Positions 1-7,688 of a DNA stretch of 18,259 nt are shown here, one piece after another. Source of the stretch: Bdellovibrionales bacterium. GTDB taxonomy: Bacteria > Bdellovibrionota > Bdellovibrionia > Bdellovibrionales > DASUEL01. The notes beneath the pieces were generated by a model that made no database searches, had not been told where the DNA came from, and saw only the letters and a list, made by a program, of their open reading frames with translations. The position numbers were made by a program, and so were the translations under genes. The stretch is from the NCBI GenBank assembly GCA_050250255.1, contig JBFWOZ010000052.1:1-18259 (forward strand). The letters run 5' to 3'. Numbering within the stretch: position 1 is the first letter of the stretch; each line of letters opens with the position of its first letter.

Positions 1-42
1 CAACTAAGAGCGAGTCATTCACAACGGAACTCTGCTTATTTT

Positions 43-414
43 TTATTTTCTCTGTGGAAGAACAACGTCAAATTTTTCTGTGTTGTCTCCTACCTTTACT
101 CGCACTTCCATTTCTATAGGCGTCCGTGTCCTGCTGAGTTCTGAAACATATTCTCCGTGAGAAAGTTTTTTTAATTTTAACGTACGTTTTCGGTTTTGTT
201 CCAAAATAAGCACATCAATATGTGCATTTGCGAGATCTACGACTACCATCGGCTTACCCACTAAAGAAAATGAAATTGTTTTTTCTCCAGGTTGCACATT
301 GAGTGTTACAAGATTTCCTGAGCGGGAAATATTTTGTAAATCAGGCTGCGCAAATTTATCTTCTGCCATAGCTGTAAGTGATATGTGCATTGCAATTGTG
401 ATAAACCATTTCAT
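43..414 (-). CDS. Hypothetical secreted protein (123 aa)
   Basis: ATG with AAGGAG RBS (complement of 421-426). N-terminus looks like a signal peptide (MKWFITIAMHISLTAMA). Lies 10 bp downstream of the bEBP gene, so probably co-transcribed. Confidence 0.7.
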   Translation of the reverse strand: MKWFITIAMHISLTAMAEDKFAQPDLQNISRSGNLVTLNVQPGEKTISFSLVGKPMVVVDLANAHIDVLILEQNRKRTLKLKKLSHGEYVSELSRTRTPIEMEVRVKVGDNTEKFDVVLPQRK

Positions 415-424
415 TTTAAGCTCC

Positions 425-1813
425 TTATAAATCTTCTTCAGGCTCAGTCACATCATCCGAGATGAGGCCGTACGCACGCTCTTTTCGATAAAGCGTGCGG
501 CGACTAATGCCTAATGTTTTTGATGCCAAATCTTTTTTGTGTTCGAATTGAGAAAGTATTAAGCGAATGTATCTTTCTTCGAGTTTTTCAAGAGTAGGAG
601 TGTCCGAATACAATTGCTGAAATGTAGCTTTTGCCGTTGCAATGGCACTGCCGCGGATTTCGTCAGCAGCTATCAGTTCATTTCTACTTAATACGACCGT
701 ACGTTCAATCACATTTTCAAGTTCGCGCACGTTGCCTGGCCAAGGATGTGCCATTAGTTCGGCAAGGGCTTCTGGAGTTACGCCTCGTACCTTCGAATTA
801 TTTTGAACGGAGAACTTTTCTACAAAATGTTCTACGAGAAGTGGAATATCTTGAGGTCTTTCTCTCAGGGGGGGGACACGAACGGGAATTACATTCAGAC
901 GATAAAAAAGATCTTCCCGAAATTTCCCTTCTTTTACCATTGTATTAAGATCGCGATGAGTGGCTGTAATAATACGCACATCAATTTTTTTACTCGTATT
1001 TCCTCCGACAGGGCGGATTTCCTTGTCCTGTAACACGCGCAAAAGTTTTGCTTGAAGCGAAAGACTTAAGTCGCCAATTTCGTCTAAAAACAAAGTGCCA
1101 CCCTCGGCAACTTCAAATAAGCCTTTTTTGTTTTCAGTTGCCCCTGTAAAAGAACCTTTCATATGTCCGAAGAGTTCACTTTCTAAAAGGTTTTCTGGAA
1201 TAGCCGTACAATTAATAGGGACGAAAGGCTTCTTGCTTCTTTGGCTGCAAGAATGAATCGCGCGGGCGGCTAGTTCTTTTCCGGAGCCGCTCTCCCCACT
1301 AATAAAGACATTGGCAGAAGCATGGGAAACCCTTTTGATAAGATCAAAAAGTTCCATCATCGCAGGACTTTTTCCAATAATATGGTCGAGATGAAATTCT
1401 TTTTTAAGCTCTCGCTTTAACACTTTATTCTCAGTTGTAAGCTGTGAACGCTCTTGAGCTCTTTTAACTAGGAGAATGAGTTCATCCATTTTAAATGGTT
1501 TCACTATGTAATGGTAAGCCCCGAGCTTCATTGCTTGAATGGCTGTTTCGATAGAACCAAATGCGGTCATCATAATCGAAACAATGGAGGGATAATCGTT
1601 TTGAACTTTCTGGAGGAACATCATCCCGTCAATGTCTTTCATTTTCAAATCGGTGATGAGGATGTTTGGGACCTCGTTTTTGAATTTAACAAGAGCTTCG
1701 GCTACGGATGTAAATTGAGTAACTTGATAGCCTTCTGCTGTAAGCATGTCCTTGATGAGCCGGCCCATTTCGATGTCGTCGTCTACCACTGCTACTTTTT
1801 TTGCTAAACCCAT
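425..1813 (-). CDS. NtrC/AtoC-family sigma54-dependent response regulator (REC-AAA+-HTH)
   Basis: Receiver domain (VVDDD, ITDLKM, MMTAFG, YIVKP), Walker [24 protein letters not shown], Walker [29 protein letters not shown] and Fis-type [14 protein letters not shown]. Confidence 0.96.
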   Translation of the reverse strand: MGLAKKVAVVDDDIEMGRLIKDMLTAEGYQVTQFTSVAEALVKFKNEVPNILITDLKMKDIDGMMFLQKVQNDYPSIVSIMMTAFGSIETAIQAMKLGAYHYIVKPFKMDELILLVKRAQERSQLTTENKVLKRELKKEFHLDHIIGKSPAMMELFDLIKRVSHASANVFISGESGSGKELAARAIHSCSQRSKKPFVPINCTAIPENLLESELFGHMKGSFTGATENKKGLFEVAEGGTLFLDEIGDLSLSLQAKLLRVLQDKEIRPVGGNTSKKIDVRIITATHRDLNTMVKEGKFREDLFYRLNVIPVRVPPLRERPQDIPLLVEHFVEKFSVQNNSKVRGVTPEALAELMAHPWPGNVRELENVIERTVVLSRNELIAADEIRGSAIATAKATFQQLYSDTPTLEKLEERYIRLILSQFEHKKDLASKTLGISRRTLYRKERAYGLISDDVTEPEEDL

Positions 1814-1843
1814 CTGTTATTTCCTTCTTTTCTTTTTGATAAG

Positions 1844-1859
1844 TACAATTATTATACCC
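1844..1859 (-). promoter_or_regulatory. Putative promoter of the bEBP gene (sigma54-like GG-N10-GT, also containing TATAAT)
   Basis: Minus strand reads GGGTATAATAATTGTA about 30 bp upstream of the start. Could be a -24/-12 variant or a sigma70 -10 box. Confidence 0.35.
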
Positions 1860-1897
1860 GTATCAAATCGAATATAGGTCACAATGGTCGCAAAAAA

Positions 1898-1933
1898 ATG
1901 ACAATATGTCATCATGATTTGTGACAAAATGGC
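1898..1933. promoter_or_regulatory. Tandem palindromic operator/UAS (GHCA-N3-TGDC x2)
   Basis: Perfect palindrome ATGACA-ATA-TGTCAT (1898-1912) and TGACA-AAA-TGGC (1922-1933), 23 bp apart. The same motif recurs upstream of the other promoters. Confidence 0.6.
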
Positions 1934-2002
1934 CCAAATGCTGATTTTAAACACCTTAGTTTTGCTCTCGTAATTGGCAGGATTCTTGGAATTGAACTTC
2001 TC

Positions 2003-2560
2003 ATGAAAATCGTACTCACAGGCGGGCCCTCTGCTGGAAAAACCACTCTCGTTCAAATCATTGAGCGAGAGTTTAGAGATTTTGTCGTTACAGTTCCAGA
2101 AAGCGCCAGTATTCTTTTTAAAGGTGGAATGTTTAGGGGAGCTAGCGAGCTAGATTTAATTTATCAGCAACGTGCGATTTATTATTTACAAGTTGAGCTC
2201 GAAACGCTCGCGCAGAAAAAAAATCCAAATAAGGTGATTGTTTGTGATCGTGGTTCGCTGGATGGAATGGCGTATTGGCCAAGTACGAGCAATATTTCAT
2301 TTTTAGAATCCATTGGGACAACAGTGAGCCATGAATGTGAGCGTTATGACTGGGTTTTGCATTTAGAAACTAGTGCAAGTCATGCTTACGATATTTCTAA
2401 CCCTATAAGAATAGAATCGTACGATCAGGCGAAGATTGTTGATGAGAAGGTGAAGGCGGCCTGGAGTAGTCATCCTAATCGCGTCATAATATATAACTCG
2501 CAAGCCTTTTCGCGCAAAGTAGAACAGGTTTTAAAAATCATGCACCAGATTTTATTTTAG
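2003..2560 (+). CDS. AAA_28/NadR-like P-loop ATPase/kinase
   Basis: KIVLTGGPSAGKTTL Walker A, VPESA, and VIVCDRG-LDG motifs. Confidence 0.85.
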   Translation: MKIVLTGGPSAGKTTLVQIIEREFRDFVVTVPESASILFKGGMFRGASELDLIYQQRAIYYLQVELETLAQKKNPNKVIVCDRGSLDGMAYWPSTSNISFLESIGTTVSHECERYDWVLHLETSASHAYDISNPIRIESYDQAKIVDEKVKAAWSSHPNRVIIYNSQAFSRKVEQVLKIMHQILF

Positions 2561-2607
2561 AATTTACGAATGTAATGCCGATCTCAAACTGAATCGAAGT
2601 CAGATCC

Positions 2608-3366
2608 TTAGCTGGACAAATTTGCATGCGGTCTATGCTTGAAAACTTGATAATAAAGCATAACCCAAAATAGTGCTCCAGAAGTTATTACTGGTACGAC
2701 AAAGCCAGCATATTCGAATTTTTTGAAGCAGTATCCACCAACAATAGAACCTAAAAAGAAAAAGAATATAATGCCTGTGCGCATGAGGTTGGCCTGCACT
2801 TCGCTGTTCAATTCACCGTTAAGTTTTTTCTTATTTAAAAATCTTACTATGCCAATTCCAAGGTCAGTCGTAATCCCGGTTAGATGCGTTGTGCGAATAA
2901 CAGATTTGGAAACGGTTGCAATCGTGCCGTTTTGAATTCCGCAGATAAGACAAAGTAAAGCGAGAAGCAGGTAGTCTCTTGAATTTTCAAGAGGCTCGCC
3001 AAATTTTCCAAAACGTCCTGTCAGGCCCAAAACGAGAACGATAGTAATCAAAAAAAATATCAAACCAAACGTAATGTAGTATTTGGGACGTTTATGAAGT
3101 TTTAGGCGTATATCCACTAGTTGGCCGCTGAGCATACAGCCAAAAAGAAAAAATAGAGGAACGATCAACATTCCAAGTGCGTGGCTTGTATCGGTTTGAT
3201 TAATTTCATAACCAAAGAAGGTTGCAAATCCAGTGACATGGGATACAAAGCGATGGACGGCCATAAAGCCGCCGATATTTAAAAGGCCGGCTTGAAAAGC
3301 CATTGCCATCCAAACGGTAATGTTGCTTGGAGTATAGTGAGAAATAGATTCATTTCCAAATAGCAT
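2608..3366 (-). CDS. YoaK/DUF1275 family membrane protein
   Basis: Multiple TM segments with AG..N.GGF, FVSHVTG, GIQNG and RTTHLTGITTDLG motifs. Confidence 0.9.
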   Translation of the reverse strand: MLFGNESISHYTPSNITVWMAMAFQAGLLNIGGFMAVHRFVSHVTGFATFFGYEINQTDTSHALGMLIVPLFFLFGCMLSGQLVDIRLKLHKRPKYYITFGLIFFLITIVLVLGLTGRFGKFGEPLENSRDYLLLALLCLICGIQNGTIATVSKSVIRTTHLTGITTDLGIGIVRFLNKKKLNGELNSEVQANLMRTGIIFFFFLGSIVGGYCFKKFEYAGFVVPVITSGALFWVMLYYQVFKHRPHANLSS

Positions 3367-3443
3367 GCTTAAGTCTATTATAATTAGTGCAGATGCGCGA
3401 TGTTTTATTTATATATTCCAGAGTTGGCTGCTTTTTATTTTTC

Positions 3444-3474
3444 ACGCAACATCTTCTAAATAAAGATGTTGCGT
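3444..3474. repeat. Perfect 12-bp inverted repeat hairpin (possible terminator or mRNA stabiliser)
   Basis: ACGCAACATCTT-ctaaata-AAGATGTTGCGT, just downstream of the 3489..3920 gene. No U-tract on the sense (-) strand. Confidence 0.55.
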
Positions 3475-3488
3475 TTGAGAAATGGATA

Positions 3489-3920
3489 TCAGAATTGCGG
3501 CTTCACTTTTTCCCACCCATATATATGACCTAGGGATAAGGCCGAAATTCCAACAAGTACCAGCTCTATTGAATGTTGCCAAACTCCTATGAGAAGAACA
3601 ATAAAGCCAATAGAATGAGCGATAATGTTGAAGGGGTGCAAATGCAAAAGAACAATTTTTCCTAAGGTTGTCTCAGCGAGTTTCAGTGGGTCTACTGTAC
3701 TCACAGATGCATAAGAGATAAGACGATACGCGACAAGTACTCCTAAGGCCATCATCCAATTTTGATACCACATAAAGTAAACGACCCAAGGTAATCCTGC
3801 CATTTCTATAAACAAACTTCGAGGGTGTGCACGCTTCAACACATATCTTTTCAATGATGTTAGTTCGAAAGTTGATTCATCAGCGTAAAATTCACCTTTA
3901 TAAATCACTGTAGTATTCAC
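3489..3920 (-). CDS. Hypothetical membrane protein (143 aa)
   Basis: GTG start with AAGGAG RBS, about four hydrophobic segments, internally repeated HP...W pattern (AHPRSL..FMW / LHPFNI..GVW), and a sigma54 motif upstream. Confidence 0.75.
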   Translation of the reverse strand: MNTTVIYKGEFYADESTFELTSLKRYVLKRAHPRSLFIEMAGLPWVVYFMWYQNWMMALGVLVAYRLISYASVSTVDPLKLAETTLGKIVLLHLHPFNIIAHSIGFIVLLIGVWQHSIELVLVGISALSLGHIYGWEKVKPQF

Positions 3921-3976
3921 TTTGTCTCCTTAGTTACTGTTAAGGAATAAATTTCCTCACATGTTTGCGATTGAGT

Positions 3977-3993
3977 TGCAAAGGCATGACCAA
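3977..3993 (-). promoter_or_regulatory. Sigma54 -24/-12 promoter
   Basis: Minus strand TTGGTCATGCCTTTGCA, exact GG-N10-GC, about 55 bp upstream of the GTG at 3920. Confidence 0.65.
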
Positions 3994-4068
3994 CAAGCAA
4001 AAGAGCTTTAAAGACTTTTGGTGGAATTTTAGATTCTTGTCCTGCCATTGACGCCATGTGCCTGCTCG

Positions 4069-4079
4069 GTCATTATGAC
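4069..4079. promoter_or_regulatory. Palindromic UAS candidate between divergent sigma54 promoters
   Basis: GTCA-TTA-TGAC matches GHCA-N3-TGDC and lies roughly midway between the promoters at 3977-3993 (-) and 4142-4157 (+). Confidence 0.45.
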
Positions 4080-4141
4080 TCAAACTTTTAAAAGTACCTG
4101 TTCATTTCAAATTAAATGTTGTTTTTAGCAAAATGCTGGTC

Positions 4142-4157
4142 TGGCACACAATGTGCT
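4142..4157 (+). promoter_or_regulatory. Sigma54 -24/-12 promoter (predicted TSS ~4168)
   Basis: TGGCAC-ACAAT-GTGCT with GG 4143-4144, N10 and GC 4155-4156. Confidence 0.75.
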
Positions 4158-4179
4158 CTAGTGGTTTGTGTGTTTGCAA

Positions 4180-4842
4180 GTAGCGACGCTAGTTATAGCT
4201 CCGGTGGGTGTAAGTCCCGCAAGTGAAAATACCAGTTGTCACTTTAGCTTGGACCACTCAGAGGCAGGGTAACTTGCCTCTGAGCGGCTGGTCGACAAGA
4301 TCTACAAAAAGTTCGTGTTGTGGATCTAGCAAACAAGCAGGTTTTAGCGAAAGCGAACCTTTGAACTCAAACATCTGTGAACGCTCGGAACGAATGGCGG
4401 GAGATGTAATAAAGAGGCCGAACCATTGAACGCAGGTGAAGGCAATAGGATTGATGAAGATCTGGTAAGAGCAGTCAGTCTCTCTTTAAAGAGGTAGAAG
4501 GAAAACATGATTGTAAGGAGAAATGATGAAAGCGCGGAACCACTTGATGATCGGCGACAGGTGACTGTCGGCAAAAAAGCGTTAGATAAGTGTGTGCTTA
4601 CAACTTTGTTGAGAGTGCCATCGAAACCATACGCTAAAGTTATTAAGTGGGGCGGATGAGATCAATAAGTATTCTTTTGAAGGTGTGACCTTCGGAAGAA
4701 GTACGAGGATCTCTGGAACTGAAGCCTAGCTTCAGTTTTTGAGCTGTTCTGAGGAAATCTCAATGGGCAGTTCTTAAAATGGGAAGTGGAGCCATCGGGA
4801 GGAATAAATTTATTTTCCCTCTCGGTGCGCCACTCTCCTTAC
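4180..4842 (+). ncRNA. ORF-less group II intron (ribozyme domains I-VI, no intron-encoded protein); 3' end 4842 or 4847
   Basis: 5' end GTAGCGACG (GUGYG-like). DI closing stems 4187-4190/4531-4534, 4192-4196/4523-4527 and 4199-4202/4517-4520. GGGTGTAAGTCCC hairpin and a 12-bp GUAA-tetraloop hairpin (4257-4284). GCCGAACC..GGTGAAGGC motif. DII 11-bp stem 4540-4550/4640-4650 with a GUGA tetraloop, then J2/3 GGA (4654-4656). DIII 4658-4713, DIV mini-hairpin 4717-4737, DV 4741-4773 with AGC triad, AU bulge and GAAA(U) loop. DVI 4781-4839 followed by TAC. Confidence 0.88.
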
Positions 4843-4876
4843 TTAATTTATTAGAAAATTCTTAAAAGGAGAATGT

Positions 4877-5875
4877 ATGAATACTCAAAACGTTATAATC
4901 TGGGCTGTAGATCCAACTCAAAATCCAAAAGATTCAAAAAATATTATTAAAGAAATGAAACTATGGAGTAGGGCTCTTGATTGTAAGATTCTACCTGTGA
5001 CTGTGATTCCACAACCCCTTTTTAGAATGCCAATTCAAGTTGAAACATTAGGAGAAAAAAGTTTAAGTAAAATTGTTGAAAAATCTGTTCGGAACTTCTT
5101 AGCAAAAGCAAATTTTAAAGGACACTTACCTCCGCAATTTATTTCTATCCCGTCTTCTTCTCGAAGAACGAAAGCCAGTGCCCTTGCACAATTTGCCGAG
5201 AGAAATGGAGCTCAACTTATCGTCTCTGCTACAAGTGCTCGAAAAACATGGTACCCCCGTATTGGTGGTTTCGCTGAAGCGCTTATTACAATATCTCGCA
5301 CTCCTGTTTTGTTATTGAATCCACAAGCCAAAATTTCACCTCGTATTTCTTCTGTTATGTTTCCAACGGATTTTAGTGGCAGTTCAAAAACTGCTTTAAT
5401 GAGGTTGGCGCCTTGGCTCAAAAAATTGAATGCCAAAGTTTTGCTTTACAACCAAATGGAGACTCCATTCGTACATATTCCAGCGTCCGGAGTCTATTTG
5501 CCTGAATACTATCAAGAGACACTTGCCACCTCTCAAGAGGCTTCACGAAAGAAAAAAGCTAATAATTGGTCCAAGATTATTGAGGAGCAGGGTATCTCTG
5601 TTTCATCTTTAGTAGAAAATCAAAAGTCTATTTTATCAGATGACATTATCTCCGTGGCAAACCGCACGAAAGCTCAGCTCATTGCTATGCCGAGTTATTC
5701 AAGCCCAATTGCAAGAGCCTTTTTGGGAAGCACAGCTCGAGAAGTTCTTTTACAGGCTAAGTGTCCAGTTTTGATTTTTTATCGACCCAAAGCTTTGAGA
5801 CCAGCAAAAAAAGAAGCAGACGAGCAAAGCAGAGCACCATTTGAATCATCTTCTCTGACGGCAAATTTATATTGA
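4877..5875 (+). CDS. Tandem-domain universal stress protein
   Basis: Two USP domains (IIWAVDP...IGGFAEALI..SRTPVLLL and MFPTDFS...FLGSTAREVL..AKCPVLI). AGGAG RBS at 4867-4871. Confidence 0.92.
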   Translation: MNTQNVIIWAVDPTQNPKDSKNIIKEMKLWSRALDCKILPVTVIPQPLFRMPIQVETLGEKSLSKIVEKSVRNFLAKANFKGHLPPQFISIPSSSRRTKASALAQFAERNGAQLIVSATSARKTWYPRIGGFAEALITISRTPVLLLNPQAKISPRISSVMFPTDFSGSSKTALMRLAPWLKKLNAKVLLYNQMETPFVHIPASGVYLPEYYQETLATSQEASRKKKANNWSKIIEEQGISVSSLVENQKSILSDDIISVANRTKAQLIAMPSYSSPIARAFLGSTAREVLLQAKCPVLIFYRPKALRPAKKEADEQSRAPFESSSLTANLY

Positions 5876-5906
5876 TAAGTTAGTTGCAAGGTCCCCATCT
5901 CAACCC

Positions 5907-5960
5907 AACCCCGAGATTTGAATACTTTTAAAGTTTCAAATACTCGGGGTTTCCTTATTT
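5907..5960 (+). terminator. Probable intrinsic terminator after usp
   Basis: Long hairpin AACCCCGAG-ATTTGAA..TTCAAAT-a-CTCGGGGTT followed by a T-rich tract. Confidence 0.6.
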
Positions 5961-6018
5961 TGCTTATATCTAAAGCACATTTTTGCTGCACTCGCCAACT
6001 CCTCTACTTTTTTTGAAA

Positions 6019-6029
6019 GACAACTTGTC
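6019..6029. promoter_or_regulatory. UAS candidate GACA-ACT-TGTC
   Basis: Recurring palindrome about 65 bp upstream of the -24 element at 6093. Confidence 0.55.
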
Positions 6030-6091
6030 CACCATTATTGCCAAAAGATCACGTCTTTGTATGAGAGCTTGTTCTCAGCGTATTTGAATGT

Positions 6092-6107
6092 TGGCACTTC
6101 ACTTGCC
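6092..6107 (+). promoter_or_regulatory. Sigma54 -24/-12 promoter
   Basis: TGGCAC-TTCAC-TTGC, a full consensus match. Confidence 0.85.
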
Positions 6108-6134
6108 ATAGCAACTCGTCGCATAGGGGATATT

Positions 6135-7658
6135 ATGAAAATCATTGTATTATTATTAATTGTTACAAGCTCAGTAGTTTGGAGTTCAGAGTCACCGATG
6201 AGTACTCAGGAAGCGTTAAGACGATTTCATGCTCAGCCAAAAATTTTTATGGAGGAAATTCCAACCAAATGGTCTGAGACAGGCCAAAAGAAAAAATCAA
6301 CGTTTCCTAAGAGCTCCATACAAACAAAATCTTTCTTGAATAAAAAGGATTCGTTACGTCAACGACTGTGTACTCAGAACGGTAGGAGGCAGAGATGTCC
6401 TACATTTAGAGAAAATAATATTTCCCTATTTCTTGAAAAGTCCAATCATGTATTCATCGACGAGGGTATTAAAACGACATTTCAAGAATTTTTTGAGGGA
6501 GTTCCATCGTTTCGGAATATTCGAGATATTGATAAATACCGAGAGCTAGAAGTCGCTCAAAAACCTTGGTCTGATACCTATTGGCCTCTTTACATGGGAG
6601 CTCTTGGGCAGCGTTATGGTGATCCAAATTTCCCATCAAGTGACTGGTTGTCCAATTTTAATTACGTTTCAAAATTCGATATCTTTGACGGAGGTCCAAA
6701 AGATCAGCTCGCTCCTTCTGAAAAATATGATTTTTTATTAGGGGATCGAGCAAAGACTCTTACTGAGAGTATGTGGAATCAAGGCCGATACTACTATGAC
6801 AGCGGAGGTGATGTCGAAAGATGGATGGGACTGTGTCATGGTTGGGCTGCGGCTTCTTATATGCTTGCTCGACCTACTAAGTCTGTCGAGGTTACGGCAG
6901 CCGATGGTGTAACAAAAGTGAAAATGTATCCATCGGACATCAAGGCGCTTGCAACACTGCTTTGGACAAGCGACCAAAATAACACGCTCTTTGTTGGTGG
7001 TCGATGCAACGATAAATCGCCACCACGAGACGAAAACGGAAGAATTATTAGCAGTCAATGCTTCGACACGAATCCTGGAGTTTGGCATTTGGCTTTAATC
7101 AATAGAATCCGACAGGGAAAACCATTCGTATTTGATGCCTCTTACGATTATGAAGTGTGGAATCAGCCAGTACTTGGTTATTCGTTCAAATATGTGAACC
7201 CTGAAACTATGGAAGACTCAGAGGATCTCAATCAGTCTGTGATTCCGATTGAAAATTTCAAGAATGACAAATTTAAAAAATACCGATCATCACAGAGTAA
7301 GTTCATTGTTGGAATTTCGATGGAGGTTATTTATCTCGCGGAAAATCTTCCTTCGATACAAGATTACGATTCACCAGATTTTGATAGCAGAATGAGAGTG
7401 CGCTACCTTTATGATCTTGAGTTGAATGAGGGCTGGGACATCATTGGTGGTGAGTGGTACCATAACGCACACCCTGACTTTATTTGGACTCCACAAAGTG
7501 GGACTCGAGCGATGTCATCAGGTGACTACATGATCCGTTCCAAGTGGCAAGCTGGGCGCTCTGTACCAGCCAACTGGCTGTCAGCTGCACGCTATTCCTC
7601 TCGTGAGTCGTTGCCGTTAGCCAATGTTGTAGAAAAATTAATTGAATGGGCCCAATAA
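6135..7658 (+). CDS. Secreted transglutaminase-elicitor (GP42-like) family protein
   Basis: Start revised from 6057 to ATG 6135 because of the AGGGGA RBS, the signal peptide MKIIVLLLIVTSSVVWS, and the promoter lying inside the longer ORF. Motifs PWSDTYWP, LAPSEKYD, WMGLCHGWA, PSDIKAL, DTNPG.WH, EVWNQPV, GGEW and HPDFIW. Confidence 0.8.
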   Translation: MKIIVLLLIVTSSVVWSSESPMSTQEALRRFHAQPKIFMEEIPTKWSETGQKKKSTFPKSSIQTKSFLNKKDSLRQRLCTQNGRRQRCPTFRENNISLFLEKSNHVFIDEGIKTTFQEFFEGVPSFRNIRDIDKYRELEVAQKPWSDTYWPLYMGALGQRYGDPNFPSSDWLSNFNYVSKFDIFDGGPKDQLAPSEKYDFLLGDRAKTLTESMWNQGRYYYDSGGDVERWMGLCHGWAAASYMLARPTKSVEVTAADGVTKVKMYPSDIKALATLLWTSDQNNTLFVGGRCNDKSPPRDENGRIISSQCFDTNPGVWHLALINRIRQGKPFVFDASYDYEVWNQPVLGYSFKYVNPETMEDSEDLNQSVIPIENFKNDKFKKYRSSQSKFIVGISMEVIYLAENLPSIQDYDSPDFDSRMRVRYLYDLELNEGWDIIGGEWYHNAHPDFIWTPQSGTRAMSSGDYMIRSKWQAGRSVPANWLSAARYSSRESLPLANVVEKLIEWAQ

Positions 7659-7688
7659 AAACAATTCTAAATATAAAAAGGAAGTCGT

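Noticed and set aside
1139..1156. GSFTGA instead of GAFTGA in both activators
   Set aside because: A common natural variant retaining the key F and T; not evidence of sigma54 independence.
1817..2056. 79-aa minus-strand ORF
   Set aside because: Spans the promoter/operator region and overlaps the ATPase start; no recognisable features.
4168..4172. GTGTG as a canonical GUGYG intron start
   Set aside because: The DI closing stem begins at ~4187, which places G3-C4-G5 at 4183-4185. A start at 4168 would need an unusual ~13-nt spacer; kept only as an alternative.
4162..4178. Second sigma54-like motif TGGTTTGTGTGTTTGCA
   Set aside because: Spacing is GG-N11-GC, whereas sigma54 requires N10.
4223..4574. 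ORFs 4223..4429 (+) and 4344..4574 (-)
   Set aside because: They lie within structured intron domains I-II, lack RT/maturase motifs and have no convincing RBS.
6057..6134. N-terminal extension of the 533-aa ORF
   Set aside because: It contains the sigma54 promoter; the RBS and signal peptide point to ATG 6135.
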